Shown here piece by piece: positions 12,576-27,648 of a DNA stretch of 64,000 nt. Source of the stretch: Psammoneis japonica (taxonomy: Eukaryota); the NCBI GenBank assembly GCA_008632985.1, contig QPGO01000034.1, positions 62,001-126,000 of the forward strand, in the 5' to 3' direction. Below the pieces are notes generated by a model. It saw only the letters and a list, made by a program, of their open reading frames with translations, searched no databases and was not told where the DNA came from. Position 1 is the first letter of the stretch. The number at the start of each line of letters is the position of its first letter. The translations under genes and the position numbers were made by a program.

Positions 12576-12719
12576 TTTGGATAATTATAAGCGTATTGTT
12601 CAATTACGGTTTTACACAAGTATGAGGCTCCAAAGAAGGCAGTCGGTCAACGTGGTCCTGGCTGTTGCTTCTGTTTATATTTATGGCGTGTCGACTCCAC
12701 ACTCTCCTCCTTCGGCATT

Positions 12720-15700
12720 TGCTTGTGCACTTGTGCGCTTGTGCGTTGTGTTTCTCCTTTGTGCGTGCGACGCAAGGTTCGAAGGTGGCACAGCGCGGCA
12801 CCGTCTTCGCTGTTCTTCGGGCTTCCTTGTGTTGAGGGAGTTCCGCGAGATCAAACTCGCGTAAAATCTTTCCGGTGCTACATGGCGGCACCTGAACGTG
12901 TTTTCATGGCACGTTTCCCCATCAGATTTAGGAAGACAGACCAATGTCTCTCTCCGATGACATGCCATGATGTACGGCATGCATGCAATGGCACAATGTT
13001 CGCAATCAACATCATGCATGCATGTGCACATCCACATCCGAGAGCAACAAGCACACTCTTTACCCCTGACCCTGACCCCAAAGCAAAAGCCTGTGATGGA
13101 AGTGCGCGCACAACCCAAAGTCATCTCTTGGCTGCTTTCAGGCTTTTGCAAGAGAAGGAGGAGATCAGGCTCCTCCATCTCTCCCCTCAGACGCCCCCAG
13201 CTTGCTTCTCTGGAGCTTTGGTTGTTCGGGTCTTGGCATGGCCAACCTTTTCCATCAAAATGCAGGAAAATTTTGTGCCATCTCTGGAAGATGTCACAGC
13301 CCACATCATCTTTCACAGAGGTCTTGGGTCCCTGCCTTGGAGTTGTTGCAGGGGCCTGGGCACTGGTGTCCCCCCAGCAGCAGCAGCAGCAGCAGAGCGT
13401 GCTTTTGTGGCCAGAGGTGCACACCCTCATCCTTTGGCAGGTTGTTGAGAGTGAGCTTCCTGAATCTTTTGAACAACCCAAAATGAGTGATGCACGAAAT
13501 TGACTTCTCATTGGGTGCGAGCTTTCAGCTCTGCAGTTCAGAGGGAGAGTCATTTTGTCAAAGTCACACTGACATTTTGACATCACACGGGCTTGCATCG
13601 TGTGCACTCAAGTCCACTTCTTCTCACAAAATCAGTCATTTAAAATGTCTTCAGTCAGCAGCCACATTTTCTTGACAGATTTTGCACACCAGCACCAAGC
13701 CTGTTGCAACCTTTGGCCATGGCACCTGTCCTGCAAAGCTGCACTGCAGTGGCTTTGTTCACCCTGTCTGTGCCAAGCGTTGAGCTTTGGAACATTTTTG
13801 TGAGAACAGACAGACAACATTGCAGTGAAAGATCACTGATGAATGCAGATGATGCAGAGAATTTACGTTCACAAGCAAATTCTGAGGAGCATTGGCCTTG
13901 GGCTCACTTTTTGGCTTTTGCACAGAGTCAATGCTGCAATGGCAGCAACAACATTGGGAAAATCTGTTTGCAAGCCATGCAGCAAGTTGGCAATTCAGCA
14001 TGACTTGGTGAACACCAAAAAGGCACAAATGCTGGAAAGTCAAGAGTGATCCAAAGAAAGGGCTGGAAAGTCAAGAAGAACCCATGACCCAATCAGTGCA
14101 AGCAATTGTGGCATGCAAGCTTGCTGAGCTGGTGAGAGTGGTTCATGAAACTGCTGCTCCAGTTGAAGGAGTGGCTGTCAAACAAATGATCTCTGGGGCT
14201 TTGCCAAGGGGAAGCTGCAAGGGTCTGCTGAAGGAGAGCATGGCAAAGTTGTGTTGGGCTGGGACAACATGGGCAAGGACACAGCTGAGTGCCAAAGCAT
14301 GAAAGATTAAAAGGAGTGGGTGCATGACATCATTGCTGAGTCAGGTTGACAGGCAGATGGTCCTGCAAAGACCATGAGAATGACAAGCAAGTGTGCAGAA
14401 GGGTTTTGGACCAGGGATGCAGGCACTGGCATCTCTGAGGTGGGAAAACAAACCAGAGAAGCTGGAGCATCTGGCGGTGTGACAGAATCAGAAAAGGCCC
14501 AGGCATTCTGGGGGAAACGATGCAACCTCTGAATGAAACAAGATGCAATCTCTACAAGACACAGGAGGCAAAGGTGTTCACACAATTGCGGGGCAGTGTG
14601 CAAAGGCAGTCCATCACAAAGTTGAAGCAATGATGGCATTTGCAAAGGTTGCAAAGTGCACACCTGACAGTCTGCTGTTGCACTTCCTTCTTCATGGCAA
14701 ACTTGCAAGGAGTTTTCTGATCCACACTTGTTCTCCAAGGCATGTGGGCAATGTGACCAGACCAAAGGACAACAATTTCAAGCAAATTTGAAGAGCTTTG
14801 GTGGGGCAGCCCTGTCACTTTGCACCTCAAAAATGGTCCACAGCTCTGTTGGAAGTGCCATGCTTGATGAACCAATGCTCTGACAGAGACTTCAAGTGCT
14901 GCACACCAGCAACAGCATGGCTCCTTTTTCTGTGAGCCCTTTCAACCAGCTCTCACTTCTGGCATTGAGCCAAAATTAAACAGGTGTGCACTGTCATGTG
15001 CAGCCACTGAAGATGCTTTTCAGCCACCCCCTGGGTGGGACTCCATGTGATGACATGCCCCCAGAGCTCCACATCATTTTCAAAAATGACAGTGGCCACA
15101 AGAGCACGAACAACATGGGAGCCCAGCATCAACGCGCATCTCCAGCATCTTGTGGCTCTGCATGAACCAGCTCACCCTGACAGCAGGAGTTGTTGCCATT
15201 GCAAAAAGTCATCTGTGCAAGCCAAGTTGGCCCTGACACCCCCCCTGCAAGGCACAAAAAAGGCAGGTGGCCACACCACTTTGTGCTGCCCCCATCTTCC
15301 ATCTTGCTGGCAAGCCAGCAAAAATCCTTCACTTGGTCTCTTCTGCAATTGGTGGGTTGTGTGATTTTGAGATGCTCTGATTCCATGACATTGGAACCCC
15401 CCCTTGCTTGTGAGCTCCAGGCCAAAACAACTTGCAAGCAATTTTCTTGAGCTCTCTTCGACAGCGTGCTCGCTGCAGTGCACAGCCCCGTTTGCCAAAG
15501 TTCTCACCCACCACTGCTTGGAAGTCATCTTTGTTGGCACCTTGCACCAACCTTTTAGAAAGCCAGTTCTGGCTTTGCTGCTTGACAGCACATCCAAGCC
15601 TGAGTGCAGCAGCTGTGCACGTGGGTTTCCAGCAGCTCTGCATGACTTGGTCTGTGGGTTTGCCACGTGTGTTGATATGGCCAAATCAAACAAATCAAGA

Positions 15701-15930
15701 TTTGGCTGAGCAGCTTCCTGCTGAGATGCTGCTGCAGCCTTGGTGTTCTTTGAACTGTGTCAGGCAGGAGCAGCGGTTTGCCACCACCACCATCACGCAG
15801 CTTTGACCACCAGCCCTTTGCTTTGCGCCGCTTTTCCAGCTCAACCAAGTGGCACAGCCACTCCACAGAGTGATGACATGCTTCGCCCATCATTTCTCCT
15901 TTCTCTTTTCACTGCCAAAAGAGTGTGAGA
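12720..15930. other. Hypermutated block 2 (CpG- and TpA-depleted, remnants of coding sequence)
   Basis: Same dinucleotide skew; a + strand frame 14543-15364 is interrupted only by TGA stops; normal TA/CG content returns abruptly at ~15940. Confidence 0.85.
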
Positions 15931-16521
15931 TGAAGCACTGTAAAGTGATTAGTAGGATTGAGTTACGCTCGTTTTATATATGAAATCGACACTGCAATTT
16001 ATATCTGCTGATCACCATCCGTCCGCACACTCCCCAAAAAAGAGAAGTTAGATCGAACCGCTCTAAGCTCGAGTCAGTCAGCCCATGATGAGTCGTCTTC
16101 CGGCAGCACGCTACGCAAGCGACGGCCACATATCCACAATCAACCATGATTGGAAAATCTTTGTCACCCGATGATTCCCGCCCAAAGCTTTGTCAAACGC
16201 TAATGCCAAGCACTTTTTGTCTCAAAACCGCGCTCATTTGTTTTCGAAAACACTTATCGTTTATTCGCGAACCTCAAATCAAAACACGTTGGAGGGAACG
16301 ATGGGAAACACACCGTTGCCTTCCACAACGAGATCTCTGCTTTAACGCTCTAAGCTAAAAAGTAGCGTTGGAGAAGTCGTAGAGTAAATTGAGTTCCCAA
16401 TTGGTGTGATTGTCATTGAACTTTGGTATGTACAGTAAACAAGCATAGTACTAATGAAAGCAGTGGTTGTCCAATCTGCTGCGCTCCGTAGATACATCAA
16501 TGAAAGTACCCTTGAATTACG

Positions 16522-18709
<2,188 letters not shown>

Positions 18710-18970
18710 GATGCTCGTACTCGGATATGGTACCGTACGACTCACCGTCCTTGTCGGTGTCGCCGCCGCTGTCTTTGTCTTAGCCGATCGTTTTTTTTGG
18801 CATTTCGCGTTCCAGGTCACAGTAGTACAGGTAATCAAATTTGAATTCTACGTGCTTCTTTACTAAGACTCGTGTATGTAGAACCCTGTAAAAATAATAT
18901 GTGAAAAATTAACGTCTTCTGCAGTATTTCTCTACTCACTAGTAGATGTACGTAGAAATAATACGAGGCG

Positions 18971-19795
18971 ATGACGCTGACTCAACTTTCGTCACATTTT
19001 TTCGAAGCCCGCAATGGTGCACTGCGGTGTATCTCAAGGTTGAACGTGGTGAGCGCAATGATTGGAAACGCGGTAGTCGCTTCTTGGATTGGAAGGATTC
19101 TATTGGGGTTAGTTGCTGTTCTGGGAACGGCTCGATATGGGTTCGGTTTGTACGCATGGAGAGCAGCGGAGAAGCTCGAACGGCCTGTGTACACAGTCAT
19201 TCGTCGGCTTTCAGACGGTGTAGAATTGAGACGCTATGAACCGTATCTGATTGCAGAGACCACAATTCCAAAAGAAAGCTTTCGCGAGTCGACGGGGGAT
19301 GGCTTTAGAGCCTGCGCTGGCTACATTTTTGGGAAGAACAATCCACGCGGTAAAAGTGAGAAAATGTCCATGACGGCTCCAGTTCGGGTGGAGGGAAGAA
19401 CTGACAGTGGCGGAGAAAAAATGGCCATGACAGCACCAGTTCGCGCATTCGGTGGAAATGGTAAAAAGACAAAGGTCTCTTTCGTTATTGGTAGCAAATA
19501 TTCACTGCAAACTGCACCAAGGCCAGTCGATCGTAATGTCAGTGTGCGACAAGTGAAGCCTCATTACCTTGCTGCGAGAAAATTTTCTGGCCCCCCTCCT
19601 ACGGATGAACGGGTGAAAGAGGAACGTGATCGTATTGAAAAGGCTCTGAAATCGGCCGACATTGCGGCCCCCTCTGACAAAGAGACGCTTGTTTACGGGT
19701 ACCACGATCCATTCATTACTCCCAATCTGTTGAGACGAAATGAGGTTGCCGTCATGATCGACTCATCAACCGCAAAAGCGGCGGCAATGAGCTAA
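18971..19795 (+). CDS. SOUL heme-binding family protein
   Basis: LERPVYTV, VELRRY, GFRACAGYIFGKN, MTAPV (twice), YHDPF..RRNEV. Confidence 0.9.
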   Translation: MTLTQLSSHFFEARNGALRCISRLNVVSAMIGNAVVASWIGRILLGLVAVLGTARYGFGLYAWRAAEKLERPVYTVIRRLSDGVELRRYEPYLIAETTIPKESFRESTGDGFRACAGYIFGKNNPRGKSEKMSMTAPVRVEGRTDSGGEKMAMTAPVRAFGGNGKKTKVSFVIGSKYSLQTAPRPVDRNVSVRQVKPHYLAARKFSGPPPTDERVKEERDRIEKALKSADIAAPSDKETLVYGYHDPFITPNLLRRNEVAVMIDSSTAKAAAMS

Positions 19796-19922
19796 AGAAT
19801 GAGGATTAAAAAATGTTCACACAACGTGTAATTACTGATCCAAATAAAAAGAGGTTCTAATTCTTTTAACAGCAATGTACAACTCGCAAATTTGAAGCTT
19901 TTACCTTTTTCGACTTGAATGA

Positions 19923-21355
19923 TTACAATTTCGAGTAGCATTTGGTCGACACACCGTCCACTTCCTCCTTTACGGCTTTTGCGTGCAAGGTGAGCAACTG
20001 CGATTGGTTCATCCCTAATTCTTCCACAAAGACTTGCAGATACGGTGAGATTTGCTCCAGAGACCACCGCTCCTTGACAGCAAAGAGTTGATGAAATCGT
20101 TCTTTTGGATCGGACGACAGTTTGTCATGCGGAAAGTACTTCCAACGGCGATCTCCGCTCAAAGTGGTTATTTCAATAGCAATCCCCGTGAGTAAGTCCA
20201 TTGACGGGGCTTGGTCAACGCTGGGAAGGACACTGTGCCACCTAGCCAAGAACAACGGCTCCTCCCAAGCTTCTGATTGAGCCTGAAACACACCATGGGC
20301 GACGTGCCGAGCAACCTTGAAGACGAAACAAGAATCAATTGCGGGTGGGCAGAAAAAGCAGTGAGATCACCGAGGACACGCGATCGACTATATAGACTAC
20401 CATAGGATGGGAAAAAGTTAACGCAATCACATACCTTGTTGAAATCAAGTTTTACAGTTGTTTCTTCGTGCTCTGAGTCACTGTCAACCAACGACTTGAG
20501 GCAACGCCGCACTACGTACTGAATCTGAGGATAGGTCGAATCTTCATCCATTTCGATTCTTTTTGTTGTCTCTTTTGTGAGCGACTCGACGGAAATTGGA
20601 CTCTTATGGAACTCCATGAATTCGTCACATTCGGTGAGAGTGGCAATCATCGCCTGTAATGCCTGTTGTGTGGCCTCTTCCGAGAGGAATCCATATCCAA
20701 TACCTGGACTGTCCTCTCGGGGCATACCAAACGCTCCAATCTTGGCCAGCCCGCGAATAATTTGCTTTTCGGAACAGCGCATAGTAAGGGCGAGTTCTTG
20801 TAAAGTCCTTCCCGTCCACGTGTTGCCATTGTGCGAGTGCGGTGCAAAAACAAAGTCCTCCAGTTGCTGCTTCAACTCTGTCACATCCAAGACATGGTCC
20901 TTGAGTTCCAGAAACGACGACTCGGATCCTCCTGGTTGCAAGAGTCTTGCGTGTATCGGCAACAGATTGGTGGTCTTGGCTCGTTTAGTTGGAGGCGGTG
21001 ATTGCGAGATGGGTTCCATCGGTGTGGAGGATTGACATGGAGGTACCAGCACAAGGGCATTCGATGTGTCCACGCGACTGATAGCAAAACTCTTGCCAGA
21101 CTTTTCAATTACGAGACAGGCTTGTCGATCAGCCGGAGCAACAATACGAGCACCTCCCAAATCCTTCACTTTCACACAAGACGGCAGCTGCATCAACAAC
21201 AAGGAGTCGTCACTTTCCCTACTGTGATTATCGTTTTGTGGTTTTCCCGTAAGATCCTCTCGAGATAAGGTCAAGAGCGAAGGAACTTGATTGCAGTCAT
21301 TTTCGAGCAGAGGATGCTTGCGCTCTGCTAGAGGGTCCGGCGATGGGGCGGCCAT
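19923..21355 (-). CDS. DCC1: Sister chromatid cohesion protein DCC1-like, one intron (~20317-20434)
   Basis: LLLMQLP, VDTSNALVLV, C-terminal LSSDPKERFHQLFAVKERWSLEQISPYL. Confidence 0.8.
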
Positions 21356-21659
21356 GGTGAAATGCGAGACTGTGCTGGGTGTGGGGTGGGGGGCGAAATA
21401 AGGGAGAAAATAATGTCGTACTTGCGGTACCTGCAAACACGTGGAATTTCTCGTAGAAAAGATCCTATTTTTGGCGCGAAATCGGATGTCTGAAACTTTG
21501 ATTCTTTTTATTCATAAATGAAGGATACATAATGAACTTTTCGCATCTCGAGTGCACGCGACCACTACCGGTATTCATACGACGACACCGCGACAAACCG
21601 CAGCATGCACCGCAGAGGCAGCAACAGCAACAACCCTCGTTTACAACAGTCGATTAACC

Positions 21660-23993
21660 ATGAGCACAGAGTCGTTGGAGGAGGAGTTATCAATTCCAGG
21701 AGAAGCTTCTCTAGTGCCAGAAAAGCCTGGTCATGAATTCCATCTTACAATGAGTGGAGGTGGAGAGGTGGTCGTAGGTTTGACGACGTCTCTACGTGTT
21801 GCGCAAGAAGAAAAGCCGAGGTGTCTGGTGGTGGGACGTCAGGCTAGCACCGCCGACCTTCGTATTCAGCACAAAAGCATCAGTCGTCGTCATGCAGCCC
21901 TCTACTATTATAAAGATCAATTCACCTTGCAGGACTTGGGAGGTAAACACGGTGTATGCGTGAACGGAAATCGCGTCGCGTCAAATTCATCGGTTGTTCT
22001 CGGCGATGGCGATGTTATTCAATTTGGAAATGTGAGAGATAACCTATTTTCGGTAAAGGCAGCCGCACCGGAACCAATCAAAGAGACAAGCAAGACTGAA
22101 GAATCCGATAATGAATCAGAAACAATACAAGCACAGGCACAACAGCCCGAACCGGGAGCAGGGTTGACTGGTCGAGCAAAGAGGGAAGCTGAAATTCAAG
22201 CCGTGATGGCGTCTTTTGATCAAAAGCCCATTTATCAAAAATACAACCCCACAACAGACCAATCCAGCGATGCATTATTAGTGGATTCGAAGGCCAATGT
22301 GAAATCAAGATCCCGGGAAAAGTCAGCAACAGCAGAAAGAAACTTTGGGCTCCCCGTTTCCGAGACTTTCTCGGTGTCCTACCAAGGCGACGCGAAACGC
22401 TGTATTGTTTCAGGTCTTGCTGTTGATACGGCAGGGTCGAGGTTTATTGCTGGTGGAACTGATATGGTCTTGCGGTTTTATGACTTTGCTGGCTTGGACA
22501 GCCATCGAATGGATCCTTTCAAATCGGTCGTTGTAGAGGATGGCCATGTTATCGTGGATGTGTGCTATAGCAACACGGGTGATCGCATCTTGGTGGGGAC
22601 TGGAAGTGTCCAGCCCAAAGTCTTGGATAGAGATGGGCATGAAATGTAAGTATCGCGTATTCATGGGTTATCCGTGTCTTTTGACTTTTTGATTCTAACA
22701 TGCAACCTTGATCTCGCCTGCAGAATACAGTTTGTTCGGGGCGACATGTATGTCACAGACCCTGCTCGAACCTCCGGACACACGGCTGCCGTGACGGGCG
22801 TATCTTGGCATCCGTTGGAACGTGATATTGTGCTAACAAGCAGCATTGATGGTTCTGCTCGAACTTGGAATTTGAACGGCAAGACTCAATTTCAAAAGCT
22901 AGTTTGTGATAAGGTGTATCGATCGAAGAACCAACGCGGTCAACGGGTTGCGGCAACTTCTGTAGCTTTTGCTCCTGGTGGAAGAGAATTGGCCTTTGGG
23001 ACGGCTTGTGGAAGTATTCAGATATGGAGCGCATTGAAGGTTGGAGCTAGGCCGGAACGGGTAGTCTTCGATGCGCATGGTAACAACAAAGCCATTCATT
23101 CGCTTGTATACAATGCAGACGGAACGCGTTTGGCGAGCCGCAGCATGGGTGACGACACAGTCAAGGTGTGGGAGGTTAGGAAACTGAGTAAGTCCGCGTC
23201 TCCCCTTGTTACCTGCACGGGGCTTCCGTGTGAATACGAGCACTGCAATTCAGCTTTCAGTCCTGATGGTCGAGTCATCTGTGCGGGATCTGCAGAACTT
23301 GTCAAGAAACCCAGTGGACAGCGCCAAGAGGTGGGAAAACTAAAGTTTTACCGCGTTCCGCAAAAACAAGAAGACACGACAATGGAAGATTCGTCGGGGT
23401 CGGATCCCTTTCTGGAGCTTGACGTGGGAGTCGGTGTTGTGGTTGTGCGATGGCATGCAAAGCTAAACCAGATTTTTGCTGGTTGCACCGACGGAAGTGT
23501 CACAGTTTACTTTGACCGAGATAGAAGTAGCAAGGGCGCGCTTCTTTCTGCTGCAAAGAGTAGCAGGCCGGTGGATGAGTTGTCCCGCCTTCTTGCGTCA
23601 CGCGCTCCAACGGGATCCGCTGGTGTCAGAGGCGAAATTCTGACTCCCAATGCTCTACCAATGTTTCGTGACAAAGAGGGAGACAAAAAGCGAAAAAGAA
23701 AAGACCGTGAGGATCCAACTAAAAGTCACCAACCAGAACCGCCATCTGCTGGAATTAAAACCGGGGGTCAAAGTAGCGTTCAGATCAATTTCACGCAGTT
23801 CGTTTCCAAATCCATTGTTCGAAACAAGAACATCGCTGGAAAGGACCCACGCGAGGAATTGTTCAAGTATTCCGATGGCAAGACCTACGCAAGTCAAGCT
23901 TACGAGGGTGACAAAGAGAGGGTTCTAGCGGACACAACAGTAGAGCAAGAGGAGGAAGAAATCCGAGCCAAGAAGTCGAAAGACAACAACTAA
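21660..23993 (+). CDS. FHA domain fused to WDR70/GAD-1-like WD40 protein; intron ~22646-22723
   Basis: FHA (VVGR..SISRRHA..DLGGKHGVCVNG); WDR70-type FYDFAGLD, RGDMYVTDPARTSGH, ILTPNALPMFRD, DPREELFKY. Confidence 0.85.
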
Positions 23994-24028
23994 AATGTGA
24001 CTAAACATGTTGCTTAGCTCCTACGGCG

Positions 24029-27000
24029 TTATACATCGATCCCCAGTTCGACGTCATGCGTTTCGTCTCCAGCCGACGATGCTGCAGCTGCAGCAAGCGC
24101 GGAAGCTGTGGCAATGGTCTCTTCAGCATCTGCGATTGAGATATCCGCCCCGGTATCAGTACCAGGGGCCTCCCAGATAAAGCCCAACGAGTCAAGCTCG
24201 GCTACCCTCTCCGGATCAAGCTGGGAAGTCCTTCCTTCTTTCATTATCTGGTACTGATTGCGCTGCTGAGCAACCCACGAAGACAAGCGAGGATTCTCGG
24301 GGTACACCTCAGGAATATTCAAGTCTCCGTGACTATTCTTGTATTCTAGAAGCTCGCTAACTCGGGTCCTCCAAACATGGTCGGCAAACCCGCGAAGAGC
24401 CCAAACAAAGCCCAGTTCCTCAAGCTGACGGATGCGGTCTTCGCTCATCGCGGAGGACTGGGTTAGGGTGGGGTCTTGTTCTTTTGCCTTCATGAAGAGT
24501 CGGTATTGGGTTCTCTGCGTTCCGACCTTCATATTGAGAATACAACAACCAAAAACAAATTTAGCGGGGTGTAAAAAATCAGGCAGCGTATGGAAAGCCT
24601 ACAGCAATAACAGTCTTACCCAAACACCCAGCTCTGGATTCGGCGGATACCTGCAATTGAAAAAGACCAATCAAGCGAATTAGATTGATATAAGTGAAAA
24701 ATAGCAATAATTGGATTCGGCAAGTCGGCAAGTACCTCGAAGGCACCAAGCAGTCGCCGTGTTCCTCCTTGTACGCCTTGAGCTCAGCAAGTCGTTGGTT
24801 CCAACTTTCTCCCAAGCTGTCGCGGGAGCGTATGGTCCAAGTGAACCCGAGCTCGTTCAAAAGCCTGATGCGCTCCTCCGTCAAAGGGGCAGACCGTTGT
24901 TTCTTCGATTCATCCGTCGAGTTCATCAGCTTGTACTGCTGGCGTTGGGCTGACACCCAAATTCCGAGACGTCTATTGGCACTGTAGCGCGCTGGTACAT
25001 TACAATGTCCATGAACTCGCTTGTATTCGATGAGCTCGTTGTAATGCTTTTGCCAATCATCACGGAGTGACCACACGAACCCTAAGCCTTCGAGTCTGCG
25101 AATACGCTCATCGGTGAGGCGACCCACCACTGGTTTCGGGGTGGTGTTCGCCGCTTCGTCCCCCTCCTGGGTTTCGCCTTCTGGAGCAGGGCCAGTGTAA
25201 TCGATTCCCATTTTGGCTAAGTGTTTCTTCATCTTCTTATACTGCACGCGTTGTGTATCGACCTGAGAATAAAAACCAGAAAATGTAAGAGACACTGCAA
25301 CAAAACAATAGGGCAACGCATAGAGAGCATGCAGAAACAATCGTCTTACCCATGTGCCGAGCTTCTGGTCTTCTTTGCATCGCTTTGGTACAAGCACATT
25401 CCCGTGCCGTTCCCTATAATCGCACAAGCGTTGAAACATTGCATCCCACTGCTCATCGTAGCTGTTTCTTGTGATCCTACTTCGCTCGTTGCTCTTCTCC
25501 GTTTCACGCGCAGACCAAACAAATCCGGCGTCTGTAAGCTTCTTCCTTCGTTCTTCGGTCAAACGGAAGGAGGTTTCTTCCTCACCCTTAGCTTCATCGT
25601 CGCCGCCGTCCCCAGACTCGGCTGCGCTGTCCTTCTTGGTGCCAGCGAGGAACTTTCGATACTGAATACGTTGGGTATGGACCCACGTACCCAGCTGGGG
25701 CAGAATCAACAACTTAAGATCAATATATGTATGGGCATCATGTGGCAGTCTCTCCATGCCACGTCTTAACTTACCTTGGGGTCAGCTGCATGTCTCTTTG
25801 GGACCATCGTATGCCCATTTTGCTGTTTGAACTCGAGCTAAAAGAAATAAGAAATAAGATGGGCCAGACGCGATAAAGCAGACTTGTATTCGTGCGTTCG
25901 AAAGCCATTCTTACCAATCGCTCGTACATTGCATCCCATTGTCGGTCGTAGTAACGTTTCATTTTGTGTTTGACTTTCCATTCAAAACCGATAGATTCAA
26001 GTCGACGCAACCTTTCTTCGGTGAGACGCGGGTTTGTGGCTCTCGCGGACTTGGTGGCAACCTCACCACTTGTGGTGTCGCCCGCTTTGCTTTCCCCTTT
26101 CTCGTTTGCGTTCGCCCTCTGGAGTTTGGTATACTCATACCTCTGCGTCTCCACCCACTGTGTTGACGAGGACCGAAAGGGACATGTTTTTAGCTTAAGC
26201 AGCATGACTTGTTGTTCAATGTGTAGTCTACTGTAATCATGACTTACCTTGCCTAGCTTGACATCCTCCTGTGTTGACGAGGACCAAAAGGAACATGTTT
26301 TTGGCTTTAGCAGCACGACTTGTTGTTCAATGTGTAGCCTACTGAAATCGTGACTTACCTCGTAACGAGACGGAACCAAACAATCGCCATTTGTCTCTTT
26401 GTATTTTACCAGTTTATCGAACATTTCGTCCCAGTGGTCTGAAACTCTCTTGGTGCGAAGCGACCAGACAAAACCAATCTCGTCAAGCTTCGCCTTGCGC
26501 TCTTCTGAGAGTCTTTTGGTCGATTTTCCGGGTGTGATTGTCCCTGACACCTCGGATTCTGTTCCCAACAAGTCAGCTTGATCCATCGTCGGAGCAGCGA
26601 CGTGATGCTCAGTGGAAGCCGTGACTTGATCAACCACCTCCATGGTTGCAGCAACAACCTCGGCAACATCCTCTTCGGTTGCCGTCTCAGCCGGTTCGGT
26701 GCCCTTGTCGAGCTCCATCGCCCATTCTTCTGGAGTCTTGCCTTCAATTGCAGTGGTTGGGGGCAACGCGGCGGCTGCGTTCGTCACAGTTTGGCTATCA
26801 TGTCCCTTCTTGAAATCTCTATTGTTGAGAACTCTTTGGGTTTCCACCCAAGTCGACAATTTGGGATCAGGTTCGTACTTCTTAGGCACAATGCAGTGGC
26901 CGTGTTGGTCCCTGAACTGTTTCAGCCTTTCGTACATCTCATTCCACTGAACGTCATTGAGACGCTGGCGAGCGGCAGCTCGGTCCGTTGGGTTAGTAGA

Positions 27001-27648
27001 TGGCTTTTTCTTGGCAACTGCAGGGGCTTGCTTTGGCTTTCGAACGTTCTTGGCTGACCAGGCGAAACCGATGGATTCCAATTTCTGTAGACGGGTGGCA
27101 TTAAGACGCTTGCTGGGAGTCACGAGACTCGCCTCGTCCGAGTCTGCAGCGCTCTTCTGTAGCTTCTTGTACTGCACCCTCTGTGTTTCCACCTATAAAC
27201 AGAGAATGCAAACAACAACTACTGAGTTAGAGTGTGCAAAGAAATCACGTACTGATAGAGAGCATAGAGAAGAGAGCATCCGTACCCATGTGCCAAGTTG
27301 AGGGTTAGCAGCATACCGTTTCGGGACCAAGCAGTCGCCATGCTCCTGTTTGTAGGCCTGAAGCTTCTCGAACATGGCATCCCACTGCTCGTTGTTGAGC
27401 TTCTTCGGTGGGGGGGCACTCCGAACTCTACGTGACGTGCGCTGACGTTTCTTAGCACCCCCTTCTTCTTCTCCCTCGCCATCATCGAATTCTTCCATGT
27501 CTTCGTGACCAAAGGCAATAGCTTCGTCCGCACTCGGCTTACGATCATCTAATTCAACGACCTCCTGCACGAACTCCGGATGCATGGCTGAGTCGTCGAG
27601 GACGATAGGATCTGCTGCGACGTCATGTTCATGATGCTCATCGTCCAT
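24029..27648 (-). CDS. Protein made of multiple helicase-associated (HA) domains, about 8 introns
   Basis: Repeated W..M..KL..YK..HG.C.VP.RY...LG.WV.TQR..Y...L..ER...L..LGF.W units. Confidence 0.88.
26158..26358 (-). repeat. Two near-identical 90-nt spliceosomal introns (26158-26247, 26269-26358) around a 21-nt exon
   Basis: Both read GTAAGTCA...CAACACAG on the - strand; 8 mismatches in 90 nt by manual alignment. Confidence 0.9.

Noticed and set aside
8490..15930. Classical fungal RIP as the explanation of the skew
   Set aside because: RIP raises TpA and lowers CpA/TpG; the opposite is seen.
8490..15930. Blocks 1 and 2 as arms of one transposon that captured the UBX gene
   Set aside because: No terminal inverted repeats, TSD or similarity between the blocks could be seen by eye.
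16086..16180. Box C/D snoRNA (ATGATGA present)
   Set aside because: No suitably placed CTGA D box or terminal stem.
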